From NCBI GenBank assembly GCA_965279515.1, contig CBDIID010000003.1, positions 3,008,001 through 3,072,000 on the forward strand: DNA of 64,000 bases. Direction: 5' to 3'. Below, one piece after another: positions 30,609 through 39,173 of this stretch. The translations under genes were made by a program, and so were the position numbers. The first letter of the stretch is position 1; every line of letters starts with the position of its first letter. The notes under the pieces were generated by a model. It made no database searches. It saw only the letters and a program-made list of their open reading frames with translations, and had not been told where the DNA came from. The stretch comes from Turneriella sp. (lineage in GTDB: Bacteria > Spirochaetota > Leptospiria > Turneriellales > Turneriellaceae).

Positions 30609-31502
30609 ATGAAAAATTCCCAAATCATGGCCGGCGCTCACCAAGGCGCAGCCAAAAGTTCATTGCCCTATGTATTGGGCGCGCTTGCCGGCATCGTTGC
30701 CGCGGGCTCACTTTATCCGTATCTCAAAGATATTCCGCAGGCCGCCACATACGGCGTACTCGCGTTATTAACTATAGCAAGCTCCATCGGTTTTGGCATT
30801 CTCTGGCCACAGCCGCAAAAAGTGCAGGTCGTGCCGAGCGTCACCGCCGCTGCGGCAAAGGTTGAAAAGCTGGATGTGGATGGCAAACCGGTTGTGACCA
30901 TCGAATCCAAGACCAAGATTCTCGATACTTCGATCATCATCGACGGCCGGATTATCGACATTGCTGCAACCGGCTTTCTCGAACCGCCTTTTCTTGTGCC
31001 GAACTTTGTTCTGCGTGAGATTCAGCTGATCTCCGATTCACCCGACGCGATCAAACGCAACCGCGGCCGCCGCGGTCTCGACATGCTGAACCAGCTGCAG
31101 AAGCGCAGCGATCTCGAAGTGAAGATCTCTTATAAAGACTACACCGAAACACGCGAAGTAGACCAGAAACTCATTCGCCTCGCGAAAGATACCGGTGGTT
31201 ACCTTGTGACCAACGACTTCAACCTCAACAAAGTCGCAGAACTGCAGGGCATCCGCGTACTCAACATGAACAACCTCGCGAACGCGCTGAAACCGGTCGT
31301 GTTGCCAGGTGAAGAACTCGAACTGCAGGTCGTTAAAGAAGGCAAAGACGAGAACCAGGGCATTGCCTACCTCGAAGACGGCACGATGGTCGTCGTCGAA
31401 GGCGGCGGCAAACTCATCGGCAAAAAAGTGAAGATCAACGTCACATCGGTTATTCAGACGAATGCCGGTAAGATGGTTTTCACGAAGTTAGCACAGAAGT
31501 GA
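30609..31502 (+). CDS. PIN/TRAM domain protein (YacL-like)
   Basis: [30 protein letters not shown] and [11 protein letters not shown] motifs. Confidence 0.93.
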   Translation: MKNSQIMAGAHQGAAKSSLPYVLGALAGIVAAGSLYPYLKDIPQAATYGVLALLTIASSIGFGILWPQPQKVQVVPSVTAAAAKVEKLDVDGKPVVTIESKTKILDTSIIIDGRIIDIAATGFLEPPFLVPNFVLREIQLISDSPDAIKRNRGRRGLDMLNQLQKRSDLEVKISYKDYTETREVDQKLIRLAKDTGGYLVTNDFNLNKVAELQGIRVLNMNNLANALKPVVLPGEELELQVVKEGKDENQGIAYLEDGTMVVVEGGGKLIGKKVKINVTSVIQTNAGKMVFTKLAQK

Positions 31503-31599
31503 CCCCTCCCCGGCCTACGGCCACCCCTCCCCACTAACGTGGAGAGGGGACTTCGGGTACCCCCTCTCCATGTAATGGGGCGGGGGTTAGGGGGTGGGG
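31503..31599. repeat. GC-rich REP-like palindromic element
   Basis: Nested inverted repeats cccctcccca..tggagagggg and cccctctcca..tggggcggggg filling the whole intergenic gap. Confidence 0.65.
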
Positions 31600-31600
31600 C

Positions 31601-32317
31601 GTGAACGCATTACTCTTACTCATGGGTGGCTCCGGAGAACGCTTCGGCGGTGCTATGCCCAAACAGTTTCTGGAAATCGAATTCGAAGGCGCAAAGCGCC
31701 CCCTGTTCGAAGTTACGGCGCGCAAACTTCTCGCGGCGCTGCCCCTCGATATTGTTATCTTTGTTTCGCCCAAAAACACGATGGGCGCATCTGTGGTAAA
31801 TCCCGTGATCGAACGCCTGACGGCGGATTTCCCCGGGCGGAAAATGCAATATGCCGCAGCCGGCGCGACGCGCTACGGTAGTTTCGGTAATGGCATCGCC
31901 GCGGCTGCAAAATTCGATGGCCTTGAGCGCGTGCTGGTGCACGACGCCAATCGGCCTTATCTTCAAGTCGCATTTTTAGAACGTGTGGCATCCCACCTGA
32001 GCTGGTTGTCTGACGAATCGCCGTGTTTTATTCCCGTGGCGCCGGTCGTCGATTCGATTGTTCGGCTCGATGGCAAGAATGTCATGCACTACGAAAACCG
32101 GCAGGAGCTCAAGCGCGTGCAGACGCCGCAACTGATCCATTACCCGAGCTTTGAAGATAAGTTCAGCGCGGCGGTGAATGCGAACCGGTTGGCGATGGAT
32201 TTTACCGACGAAGGTTCGCTCTGTCTATCGCTCGGCATGCCCGTGGGCAGTTTCGAGGGCGATACAGAGAATGTGAAAATTACGTTTCCGGAAGATTTGA
32301 TTCCGGGGAAGTTGTGA
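31601..32317 (+). CDS. ispD: 2-C-methyl-D-erythritol 4-phosphate cytidylyltransferase (divergent)
   Basis: GGSGERFGGAMPKQF, VLVHDANRP, VQTPQ, FTDE and NVKITFPEDL; context after carD-PIN/TRAM. Confidence 0.85.
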   Translation: MNALLLLMGGSGERFGGAMPKQFLEIEFEGAKRPLFEVTARKLLAALPLDIVIFVSPKNTMGASVVNPVIERLTADFPGRKMQYAAAGATRYGSFGNGIAAAAKFDGLERVLVHDANRPYLQVAFLERVASHLSWLSDESPCFIPVAPVVDSIVRLDGKNVMHYENRQELKRVQTPQLIHYPSFEDKFSAAVNANRLAMDFTDEGSLCLSLGMPVGSFEGDTENVKITFPEDLIPGKL

Positions 32318-33066
32318 TCCCCGCCGTAATCCGCGCCGTCGTTGTTGCAGCCCTTCTGGGCGGGGCATGCACCCGTCATTCCCAGAATACTGTTGTGATT
32401 GTTTCTGCCAACGCTGAATGGCGCGCGCTTCTGGCCGCGGTCAAACCTGAAAGTAGCGATCTAAAACCTTCGCCTTACGGTCAGTGGTTTGTTGGTAAGC
32501 TGCCGAACGTAGAAAAACCGATCCTGTTCTTTCATGGGGGTTGGGGAAAGGTTGATGCAGCAGCATCGGCGCAGTGGGCGATATCCAAATGGAATCCACA
32601 GCTCGTCGTTAACATCGGCACAGCGGGCGGATTTCCCGGGCGTGTGAAGGAAGGGGAAATTGTCTTCGCTACGCAGACCATCATCTATGACATCGTAGAG
32701 CGTATGGGTAGTGCAACGGCGGCAATTCAGGATTATGCGACGAAACTGGATTCGCCGCCGCCTGGCCTCGCGGGTTTAGTTATTCCTTCGGCCATTTTAT
32801 CGGCAGATCAGGATATAGATCCGCGCCGGGTTCCGGAACTCATGCAAACCTACAATGCCGTTGCTGCGGACTGGGAGTCAGCAGCGATTGCTCGAATCTG
32901 TAAAAAGAACAATGTGCGTGTGATGGTATTGCGCGGGATTTCCGATGTGGTCGACGTGTCGGGCAGCCGCACCTATAATAACGCCGCGGATTTTGAAGCG
33001 CAATCAAAGAAGATTATGCTCAAGTTGCTCTCGTTTTTACCGCGGGTTATTTTCCCGCGTATTTGA
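32314..33066 (+). CDS. MTA/SAH nucleosidase-like (PNP_UDP_1 family) protein, possibly exported
   Basis: GWGKVDAA, NIGTAGG, DWESAAIA and RGISD motifs; lipobox-like N-terminus. Confidence 0.82.
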   Translation: MIPAVIRAVVVAALLGGACTRHSQNTVVIVSANAEWRALLAAVKPESSDLKPSPYGQWFVGKLPNVEKPILFFHGGWGKVDAAASAQWAISKWNPQLVVNIGTAGGFPGRVKEGEIVFATQTIIYDIVERMGSATAAIQDYATKLDSPPPGLAGLVIPSAILSADQDIDPRRVPELMQTYNAVAADWESAAIARICKKNNVRVMVLRGISDVVDVSGSRTYNNAADFEAQSKKIMLKLLSFLPRVIFPRI

Positions 33067-33775
33067 TAAACTCGCCGAAAACCCAGGCGCCTTTGTAAGG
33101 CAGAGATCGCTGCGGCTCACCAAAACCGCATTCATACCCGACAACTCTGACGAAATACCAGTAATTTTCCCAGTTGCCCACCTTAAGTTTGTTCACTGTT
33201 CGGGCAACGACCGCGACACCACCTTTTTTCGGCAGGGTTTCAATTGTTCCACCGTCACTATAGCATGTCCCTGCCTGAGACGCCGCGTCGGGGGCCGCGC
33301 GAAATTTAACAGCCGTCGTTGCGTGGCCGCTGGCTTCGCCCAAATAGATGACCGGTACAGAATCGATTTCGGTTTGTGAATTTACGGCAACGGTCGCCGC
33401 TTCATTGACGTAGGTTTCTTCGCCACAAACTAGCCAGTTATTATAGATTTTTTCGTTGCTGTCGATTTTCAGAGTGCATGGCTGGGCTAAGAGCGATACC
33501 GGGCAATAGTTATCTGCATCAGCCCCTTTGGGTGTTTCAATCTTCGTGACGCGTACCAGGTTCCCATTTTCGACCACGAACGAAAAGTTCACATCGCAGT
33601 GACAACCGGGGCCATGGCAGCTGGCGCGCCCTTTTGTTGCGTTTTTAAACAGTATGGTCTTAGAGCCGTTGGAATAAGCTGTTTTGGTCAGTAAGTCAGC
33701 GTTTACGGATATGCCGGAAAAACAGATAAATATACCCGCAAATTTCAAGAAAGATACCAGTTTCTTTTTAGTCAT
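33047..33775 (-). CDS. Exported Cys-rich protein with SH3-like C-terminus
   Basis: Signal peptide; KFRAAPD..WYFV..WVFGEFI SH3b-like pattern. Confidence 0.7.
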   Translation of the reverse strand: MTKKKLVSFLKFAGIFICFSGISVNADLLTKTAYSNGSKTILFKNATKGRASCHGPGCHCDVNFSFVVENGNLVRVTKIETPKGADADNYCPVSLLAQPCTLKIDSNEKIYNNWLVCGEETYVNEAATVAVNSQTEIDSVPVIYLGEASGHATTAVKFRAAPDAASQAGTCYSDGGTIETLPKKGGVAVVARTVNKLKVGNWENYWYFVRVVGYECGFGEPQRSLPYKGAWVFGEFIKYAGK

Positions 33776-33866
33776 ATAAACCTCTCTCTATACTGAATTC
33801 CGCAGGGCAAGATCATATCGGAAAAAATATTTCCCGCTAACCCAAAACACCAAGGATGTACTTCAA

Positions 33867-34220
33867 ATGGCTTACGACACAGCATTGGCTGCCCGAATCC
33901 GAAAATACCTCGAAGCGTTTCCGAAACTAAAAATTGAAGAAAAAAAAATGTTTCGGGGCGTAACCTTCATGATCAACGGAAAAATGTGCGTCAATGTGAG
34001 CGGAGAAAACATGATGTGCCGGTTTGATCCGGAGTTGCAAGCGGAGATCGCCCAGCGCAAGGGTTTTCAACCAATGAAGATGAAGGGGCGAGAATACAAA
34101 GGGTATTGTTATATATCGCCGGAGGGGTTTAAGACGAAAAAGGATTTTGAATATTGGCTGGGCATTTGCCTGGAGTTCAATGATAAGGCTAGGGCTTCGA
34201 AAAGAAAACGGAGGCGATGA
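33867..34220 (+). CDS. TfoX N-terminal domain protein
   Basis: MAYDTALAARIR..EKKMFRGVTFMINGKMC motif. Confidence 0.88.
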   Translation: MAYDTALAARIRKYLEAFPKLKIEEKKMFRGVTFMINGKMCVNVSGENMMCRFDPELQAEIAQRKGFQPMKMKGREYKGYCYISPEGFKTKKDFEYWLGICLEFNDKARASKRKRRR

Positions 34221-34227
34221 GGTTTTG

Positions 34228-34722
34228 ATGCATCTTGAACCAAGGGATGATGGGCCTAAAGGGTTGGAGATAAGACAGATCGAAACCGGAGAGAAAGCAC
34301 CTTATGACTTACTTCTTCTTGCAGATCCATCAAAAGAAGTCGTTGATCGGTATTTACAAACTTCGTACATTTATGTTGGGCAGATACAAGATGCGCTGGT
34401 TGGAGCTTTTGTATTAACTCCGGTTGATGCCGATAAGGTTGAAATCAAGAATATAGCCGTATTGGAAGGCCGGCAAGGCCAGGGAATCGGAAGTCTGCTC
34501 TTGCAAAACGCTGTCATCGTCGCAAAACAACGCGGTTTCAAATCAATCTGCATAGGGACAGCGAATGCCAGTATTGGCCAACTTTACTTATATCAAAAAC
34601 AAGGCTTTGAGATTTCGGAAATCAAAAAGAATTTTTTTATTGAAAATTATCGCGAATCTATATTTGAAAATGGTATTCAGTGTAAGCACATGATTATGTT
34701 GGAAAAATCTCTGCTTTTGTAG
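34228..34722 (+). CDS. GNAT acetyltransferase
   Basis: LLLLADPS, EIKNIAV..QGQGIG, LYQKQGF. Confidence 0.9.
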   Translation: MHLEPRDDGPKGLEIRQIETGEKAPYDLLLLADPSKEVVDRYLQTSYIYVGQIQDALVGAFVLTPVDADKVEIKNIAVLEGRQGQGIGSLLLQNAVIVAKQRGFKSICIGTANASIGQLYLYQKQGFEISEIKKNFFIENYRESIFENGIQCKHMIMLEKSLLL

Positions 34723-34750
34723 GTGGTCGCGACGGGGTAGGCAACTAGCG

Positions 34751-35314
34751 CTACTCCGCGCCTTCAAGCAGTAGTCGCGCGACCGCAATCGCCCCCTTAG
34801 GCATCTGCTCAATTGCTGTCTCGGCCGTCGTTGTTCCGGTTTCCCGCGCCGCCGCGATCACGCGTTTCGTTGAAACTTCGTAGAGCGCGGCGTAATGGTC
34901 GACATTCATCACCTGGCCGACCGAGCCTGCCTTCTCGGCCGTTACAAAAACAATGTAGTCGAACTTCACGCCAAAGCGGTTGCCGGCCTTGAGTGTGGCC
35001 GTCACCGCGAGCTGCGCAATCGGGTCGAGGCCCTTGGTGCCCTGGTTGTCGAGACCCAGCCGCGCGGCGGTTACGGGTAGTTCGAGCGCGGGCGCCGGCA
35101 TGAGCGGCAGCACATGGATCGAACCCGCGCCTTCGCCGGCGGCTTTACGGTAGGCGGCTTCAACAGGCGGCAAAGCCGAGACGCGGTCTTGCGCGGCGAC
35201 GAGAATGCCTTTGTTCTTCAGCGGAAATTTAGTTTTCGCGTCGGGATAACGTTCGACGGACTTACAGAATAGGAATACGGGTAAAATCGCGAGCAGGAAA
35301 TATTGTGGTTTCAT
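34751..35314 (-). CDS. Hypothetical lipoprotein
   Basis: Spirochaetal lipobox-like VFLF-C from ATG 35314. Confidence 0.7.
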   Translation of the reverse strand: MKPQYFLLAILPVFLFCKSVERYPDAKTKFPLKNKGILVAAQDRVSALPPVEAAYRKAAGEGAGSIHVLPLMPAPALELPVTAARLGLDNQGTKGLDPIAQLAVTATLKAGNRFGVKFDYIVFVTAEKAGSVGQVMNVDHYAALYEVSTKRVIAAARETGTTTAETAIEQMPKGAIAVARLLLEGAE

Positions 35315-35350
35315 CAGGGATGCATCCCACTTAGGCGCCTGTCTGGAAAC

Positions 35351-35383
35351 AAAAAAGCCCGCCCTGATCACTCAGGGCAGGCT
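35351..35383 (-). terminator. Rho-independent terminator of the Hsp20 operon
   Basis: Minus strand agcctgccctga-gtga-tcagggcgggct followed by a T run. Confidence 0.85.
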
Positions 35384-35393
35384 CACCGTTCGC

Positions 35394-35774
35394 TTATTTC
35401 GCTGCGACGGTGATTGTCTTTTTGGCGCTTGCCTTGCGTGGCAGGTTCACCTTGAGCACGCCGTTCGCAATTTCAGCATTGATTGCCTCTGCGTCGACGT
35501 CTTCGCTGACGCGGAACGCGCGCTCATAGCTTGCGCGGCGGAATTCGCGGTGGATCTGCTGCTCTGTTTTTTGTTCAGAGGCAGATTGCGCTGTCGCCTT
35601 GAGTGTCACGATACCGTTTTCAAAGGTAACGTTGACATTCTCTTTGTTCGCACCCGGAACGTCTGCGTAGATGGTGTATCCCGCTTCGGTTTCAGTGATA
35701 TCGACTGCCGGAAGGTAGGTGACACCATTTGCCACCGGGCCTTTCTCCGATGTTTTCTTTTCTAATCCAAACAT
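35394..35774 (-). CDS. Hsp20/alpha-crystallin small heat-shock protein
   Basis: PAVDITET..ADVPG..YERAF..ANGVLKVNLP. Confidence 0.93.
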   Translation of the reverse strand: MFGLEKKTSEKGPVANGVTYLPAVDITETEAGYTIYADVPGANKENVNVTFENGIVTLKATAQSASEQKTEQQIHREFRRASYERAFRVSEDVDAEAINAEIANGVLKVNLPRKASAKKTITVAAK

Positions 35775-35784
35775 AGTCTCCCCC

Positions 35785-36198
35785 TTATTTTGCAACAATC
35801 TCGATTTTGCGCGGCTTCGCCTCTGCGGCTTTGGGCAGCGTGACGGTCAGAATGCCGTCTTTGACTTCAGCGTTGACGCTGTCGCCACTGAGCGGGTGCT
35901 TAAAGCTGATGACGCGCTCAAATTTGCCGGAGGCACGCTCTTCGCGGCCATACTCTGCCTGATCGCGCTTGTTTTCACCGCGGATCGTCAGCTTGCGACC
36001 TTCGAGTTCGACAGTGACGTCTTCTTTCGCGAGGCCCGGAACGCGGGCTTCGATGACATAGGCGTCGTCGTTTTCGGCGATATTGACCGCCGGATAGTAG
36101 CCGCTCATACCGTTGGCAAAACTCCAGCGGAAGATGCGGTCGAATTCATTTTGGACCCCTGCGAGGTCGCTCCAGATAGAATGTGCTTTCACTAACAT
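35785..36198 (-). CDS. Hsp20/alpha-crystallin small heat-shock protein
   Basis: YPAVNI..VPGL..ERASGKFER..DGILTVTLPK; ATG 36198 with GGAGG SD. Confidence 0.93.
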   Translation of the reverse strand: MLVKAHSIWSDLAGVQNEFDRIFRWSFANGMSGYYPAVNIAENDDAYVIEARVPGLAKEDVTVELEGRKLTIRGENKRDQAEYGREERASGKFERVISFKHPLSGDSVNAEVKDGILTVTLPKAAEAKPRKIEIVAK

Positions 36199-36242
36199 TT
36201 TCCCTCCTAAAGGCCATTTCTGGCGTTTGTCTTTATTGACTG

Positions 36243-36296
36243 ATAGCACTCTATCAATCACAGTGCTAGTATAATTAAGAGTGTCGTGCCCGGCAA
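36243..36296 (-). promoter_or_regulatory. Sigma70-type promoter with CIRCE (HrcA operator)
   Basis: TTGCCG-17-TATACT on the minus strand (36296 to 36268), followed by atagcactc-N9-cagtgctag (36243-36269), near the CIRCE consensus TTAGCACTC-N9-GAGTGCTAA. Confidence 0.85.
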
Positions 36297-36384
36297 ATTT
36301 TTTTGAGCAATAGCGAACTGAATTTTGACTCTTAATGCAAGAAAGACAGAGCTAGCTTACGCTTGGTTTGTCGGTTAATCGATC

Positions 36385-37749
36385 ATGAGTCGCATGGGGT
36401 ATCTGAATATTCTTTCGATCGTCTGCGTCATGCAGGCCTCTTGCCGTGGGTTTGGCAACTTTTGGGAAACCAAGGAGAAGGCAGGGAGTATTTACAGTTT
36501 TCGCTTCGAAGCAGGGTTAAATGGATTAGTCGAGAATTATGAAGGATCTATCTCCGGTAATATGATACGAGTCGCTCTACCTTATGGCATCGTTCATGCA
36601 GCGATAGCGTCCTTCACGACCGATGGTGGCGCACCATTTACAGTGTCGGGTGTCTCCCAGATTTCTGGCGAAACAGCGAATGATTTTAGGCAGCCATTGG
36701 TATACAGCGATGGTGTTGCGGAATACCGGGTCGAGGTGTATCCACTTGACCTGTTTGGCGACACCGGGCAAACGTTATGCTACACAGGTACCGGAGCAGG
36801 TGATGTGGCAACGGCCTGCTCGGGCAACGGGGGTGCTTACCCCGCGCAGGATGCGGATTTCCTGACCCCACGACCCCGAAGTTTTTTAACGGTGGAACAG
36901 CATCCGGTCTTCACTTCGGATTATACGACCAGAGATCGATTGACAGGGCTGGATTATCGCAGTTGCAGTGAAGGTCTGACCGGGGCCACCTGTACCGGCG
37001 CTGCGGTAGTGCTTGATTGGCAAACGGCTGCGGCCACCTGCCTCGCCTTGAACAATAGTAATTCAGGAGCTGGCTACGCGGGCCGCCGTGACTGGCGTAT
37101 TCCAAATCTGCGTGAATTGGCCGCCTTGATCAATCACCAGTCCGCGGCGCCGACCATCGATGCCCTATCCTTTCCCGCAACGGTGAACGGTCCATATTGG
37201 ACAGCCGACGAATATGCTCCGAGCACTGGCTACGGCTGGGGAGTGAGTTTTAATAATGGAACAGTTTTCAACAATTCGCAAAAGACTCTTACCCGGAGCA
37301 TCCGTTGTGTTGCCGGTAATCCTCCTCCCGCGGCGCTGCGGGAGGCAAAAGACGACGGCACGGTATTGGATCGCAGGTCGGGCCTTGTCTGGCAGAAGTG
37401 TTCCAGCGGCCTCGCTCTTCCGGATTGCAGCGGAGCGGTCGTGAACCTTGCATGGTCCGATGCGCTGAACTACTGCGTCGCACTCACGCTCGCGGGAATG
37501 AGCTGGCGTCTGCCCAATATCAACGAGTTGCTGAGCAGCGTCGATTACAAGTCCGCTGCGGCACCGCCCGTTGACGCGCAAATTTTTCCAGCAACTGCAT
37601 TAAACGACTACTGGAGTTCGACGACGCATAACTCGCTGCCGACCAACGCGCTCGCAGTCAACTTTAGCAATACAAATACAGGCGCGGCCGCATACGCTGC
37701 TAAAAATACCGTGTTGCCAGTCCGTTGCGTGGCGAACATCGGCCCATAA
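36385..37749 (+). CDS. Lipoprotein with two DUF1566 (Lcl) domains
   Basis: DTGQTLCY; D..TGL..CSEG..WRIPNLREL..YW..IRCV; DDGTVLD..SGLVWQKC..WRLPNINEL..YWSST..VRCV. Confidence 0.9.
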   Translation: MSRMGYLNILSIVCVMQASCRGFGNFWETKEKAGSIYSFRFEAGLNGLVENYEGSISGNMIRVALPYGIVHAAIASFTTDGGAPFTVSGVSQISGETANDFRQPLVYSDGVAEYRVEVYPLDLFGDTGQTLCYTGTGAGDVATACSGNGGAYPAQDADFLTPRPRSFLTVEQHPVFTSDYTTRDRLTGLDYRSCSEGLTGATCTGAAVVLDWQTAAATCLALNNSNSGAGYAGRRDWRIPNLRELAALINHQSAAPTIDALSFPATVNGPYWTADEYAPSTGYGWGVSFNNGTVFNNSQKTLTRSIRCVAGNPPPAALREAKDDGTVLDRRSGLVWQKCSSGLALPDCSGAVVNLAWSDALNYCVALTLAGMSWRLPNINELLSSVDYKSAAAPPVDAQIFPATALNDYWSSTTHNSLPTNALAVNFSNTNTGAAAYAAKNTVLPVRCVANIGP

Positions 37750-37793
37750 AATTCCGGATTGCCAGATCGCCTTGTCTTATGAGGCATGCCGTA

Positions 37794-38051
37794 ATGGGCA
37801 AAGCTTTGCATAACTTTCTGAATCCATCCCTCAACCATGACATTCGTACAATTCTGGCTGAAGAGCTTGCCACCTACGTACGGCGCATGTCGCGCATACG
37901 CGTCGTCGCAACGGTGATTCTGACGGCGATGGCCGGTTTTGCGGTTTTTCTTCTACTCTTGCCCGTCGAGAGCAGGCCATTCACGATTCTCGGCGCCGTT
38001 AAGGTACGCGGCAAACAGAAAGCGGTGAAGGTTTTTACCCTCACGCGCTGA
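37794..38051 (+). pseudogene. Probable internally deleted adenylate/guanylate cyclase remnant
   Basis: One TM helix fused directly to LGAVKVRGKQKAVKVF, the extreme C-terminal motif of class III cyclases; catalytic core absent. Confidence 0.55.
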
Positions 38052-38061
38052 TAATTTATCG

Positions 38062-38541
38062 TTACGGCTTTTTGAGGACGACGAAGCTTACCCGGCGGTT
38101 AAGGGGGTTTTCGGTATTCGTTTCATCCATGATGGGGTTTGATTCTCCCATAGACCGGTACACGAGTTTGTCTTTATCCACGCCGCTCTTAGTGAGGGCT
38201 TCATAAACAAACTCCGCGCGCTTCAAGCCGATTTTTTGGTTCGCCTTTGTTGCGCCCTGTGTGTCGGCGTGCCCGCGTACTTCGACCACATATCCCTCGG
38301 GTATCTCAGCCACTACGGATTTCACAATAGGGATATCTGACTTTTCCCATTCAGCATACGCCGCTTTGCCCGGGGCAGCTTTCCATGCTTTGAAACCAAA
38401 CATCCTGGCCTGCTTTAAAGTCTCGTTCCACTGTACTATCTTCGGGTCGGTATCCCCGGAAGCACCTCTGACATTACCTTGACCCGACGAACATGCAACG
38501 GCGATCGTTGCAATCAATATCATTAAAATACTTTTCTTCAT
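38062..38541 (-). CDS. OmpA-family lipoprotein (Loa22-like)
   Basis: Lipobox IAVA-C; GHAD..N..IGLKRA..NRRVSF OmpA_C motif. Confidence 0.88.
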   Translation of the reverse strand: MKKSILMILIATIAVACSSGQGNVRGASGDTDPKIVQWNETLKQARMFGFKAWKAAPGKAAYAEWEKSDIPIVKSVVAEIPEGYVVEVRGHADTQGATKANQKIGLKRAEFVYEALTKSGVDKDKLVYRSMGESNPIMDETNTENPLNRRVSFVVLKKP

Positions 38542-38697
38542 GTAAATCTCCTCGGCTGCAGATTTGTGAATTTCAGCCTGAAATCGCACAGTAGGCAATA
38601 AAGGGCCTTGCGACGATAATTTTACCATTTAGTTACGAATCACTGCCCTCCATAATCAATTTCTATGCCCATTGCATGGGAACAATTTTTGAAAAGC

Positions 38698-38725
38698 TTG
38701 ACGCGCATTCCGACGACCATATCCT
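38698..38725 (+). promoter_or_regulatory. Candidate sigma70-type promoter for the structured RNA / slipin transcript
   Basis: TTGACG-16 nt-TATCCT; predicted start near 38731, just before the 5' strand of the RNA closing helix. Confidence 0.55.
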
Positions 38726-38733
38726 TCACCGCC

Positions 38734-39065
38734 GGTGCGGTAATCCTGCGGCGTCGAAACGCCGGGCGGTACCCCTGACGTGTCTTCGGGTATTCTGCGG
38801 AGCATCGTAGCGGCACCAAACTCTTGGGGTAGCGGGTTCGATTCCCGCCCGCAGCAATGCGTGTAGCTCACCGGCAGAGCACAAGACGGAAACCCGAAAG
38901 GGGAGCAAGTTCGACTCTTGCAACGGGCTGTGAACCTGATTTGTGGAGGGTGTCCGTCCCTAACCGGGCACGGCAGTGAGCCTGCCTAAAAAAGTTCGTC
39001 CGGACAAAGGGGCCGGCCCCTCGGGGCACCTGAAAGCTGGCTTTGTAAGTGGTGGATACCGCACC
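38734..39065 (+). ncRNA. Large structured ncRNA with two tRNA-like modules (band-7/slipin-associated RNA)
   Basis: ggtgcggtaatcc (38734-46) pairs with ggataccgcacc (39054-65); two canonical T-arms, one canonical D-arm, and several further hairpins; no credible CDS. Confidence 0.8.
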
Positions 39066-39173
39066 TGTTAAGTAGCGTCAGCTTCGGCCCGCGTTACAGC
39101 GCAGATGCTTAAGCGCACTTCCGCTGGTCGTATGTGGCTCCTTTGCCTGGATCAGATTATTTTGTGGGGAAAT

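Noticed and set aside
38677..38694. Sigma54 promoter (GGAAC..TTTGA) as in RtcR-controlled operons
   Set aside because: The -12 element reads GA rather than GC, the -24 context is imperfect, and no enhancer-binding protein gene is adjacent; the sigma70-like candidate fits the RNA 5' end better.
38795..38928. Ordinary tRNA genes
   Set aside because: Neither module has a 5-bp/7-nt anticodon arm; module 1 lacks a D stem and module 2 lacks a good acceptor stem.
39010..39046. HDV-like or hammerhead ribozyme (ggccggc start, ctgaaag)
   Set aside because: Could not build the HDV P2/P3/P1.1 pseudoknot or a CUGANGA..GAAA hammerhead core.
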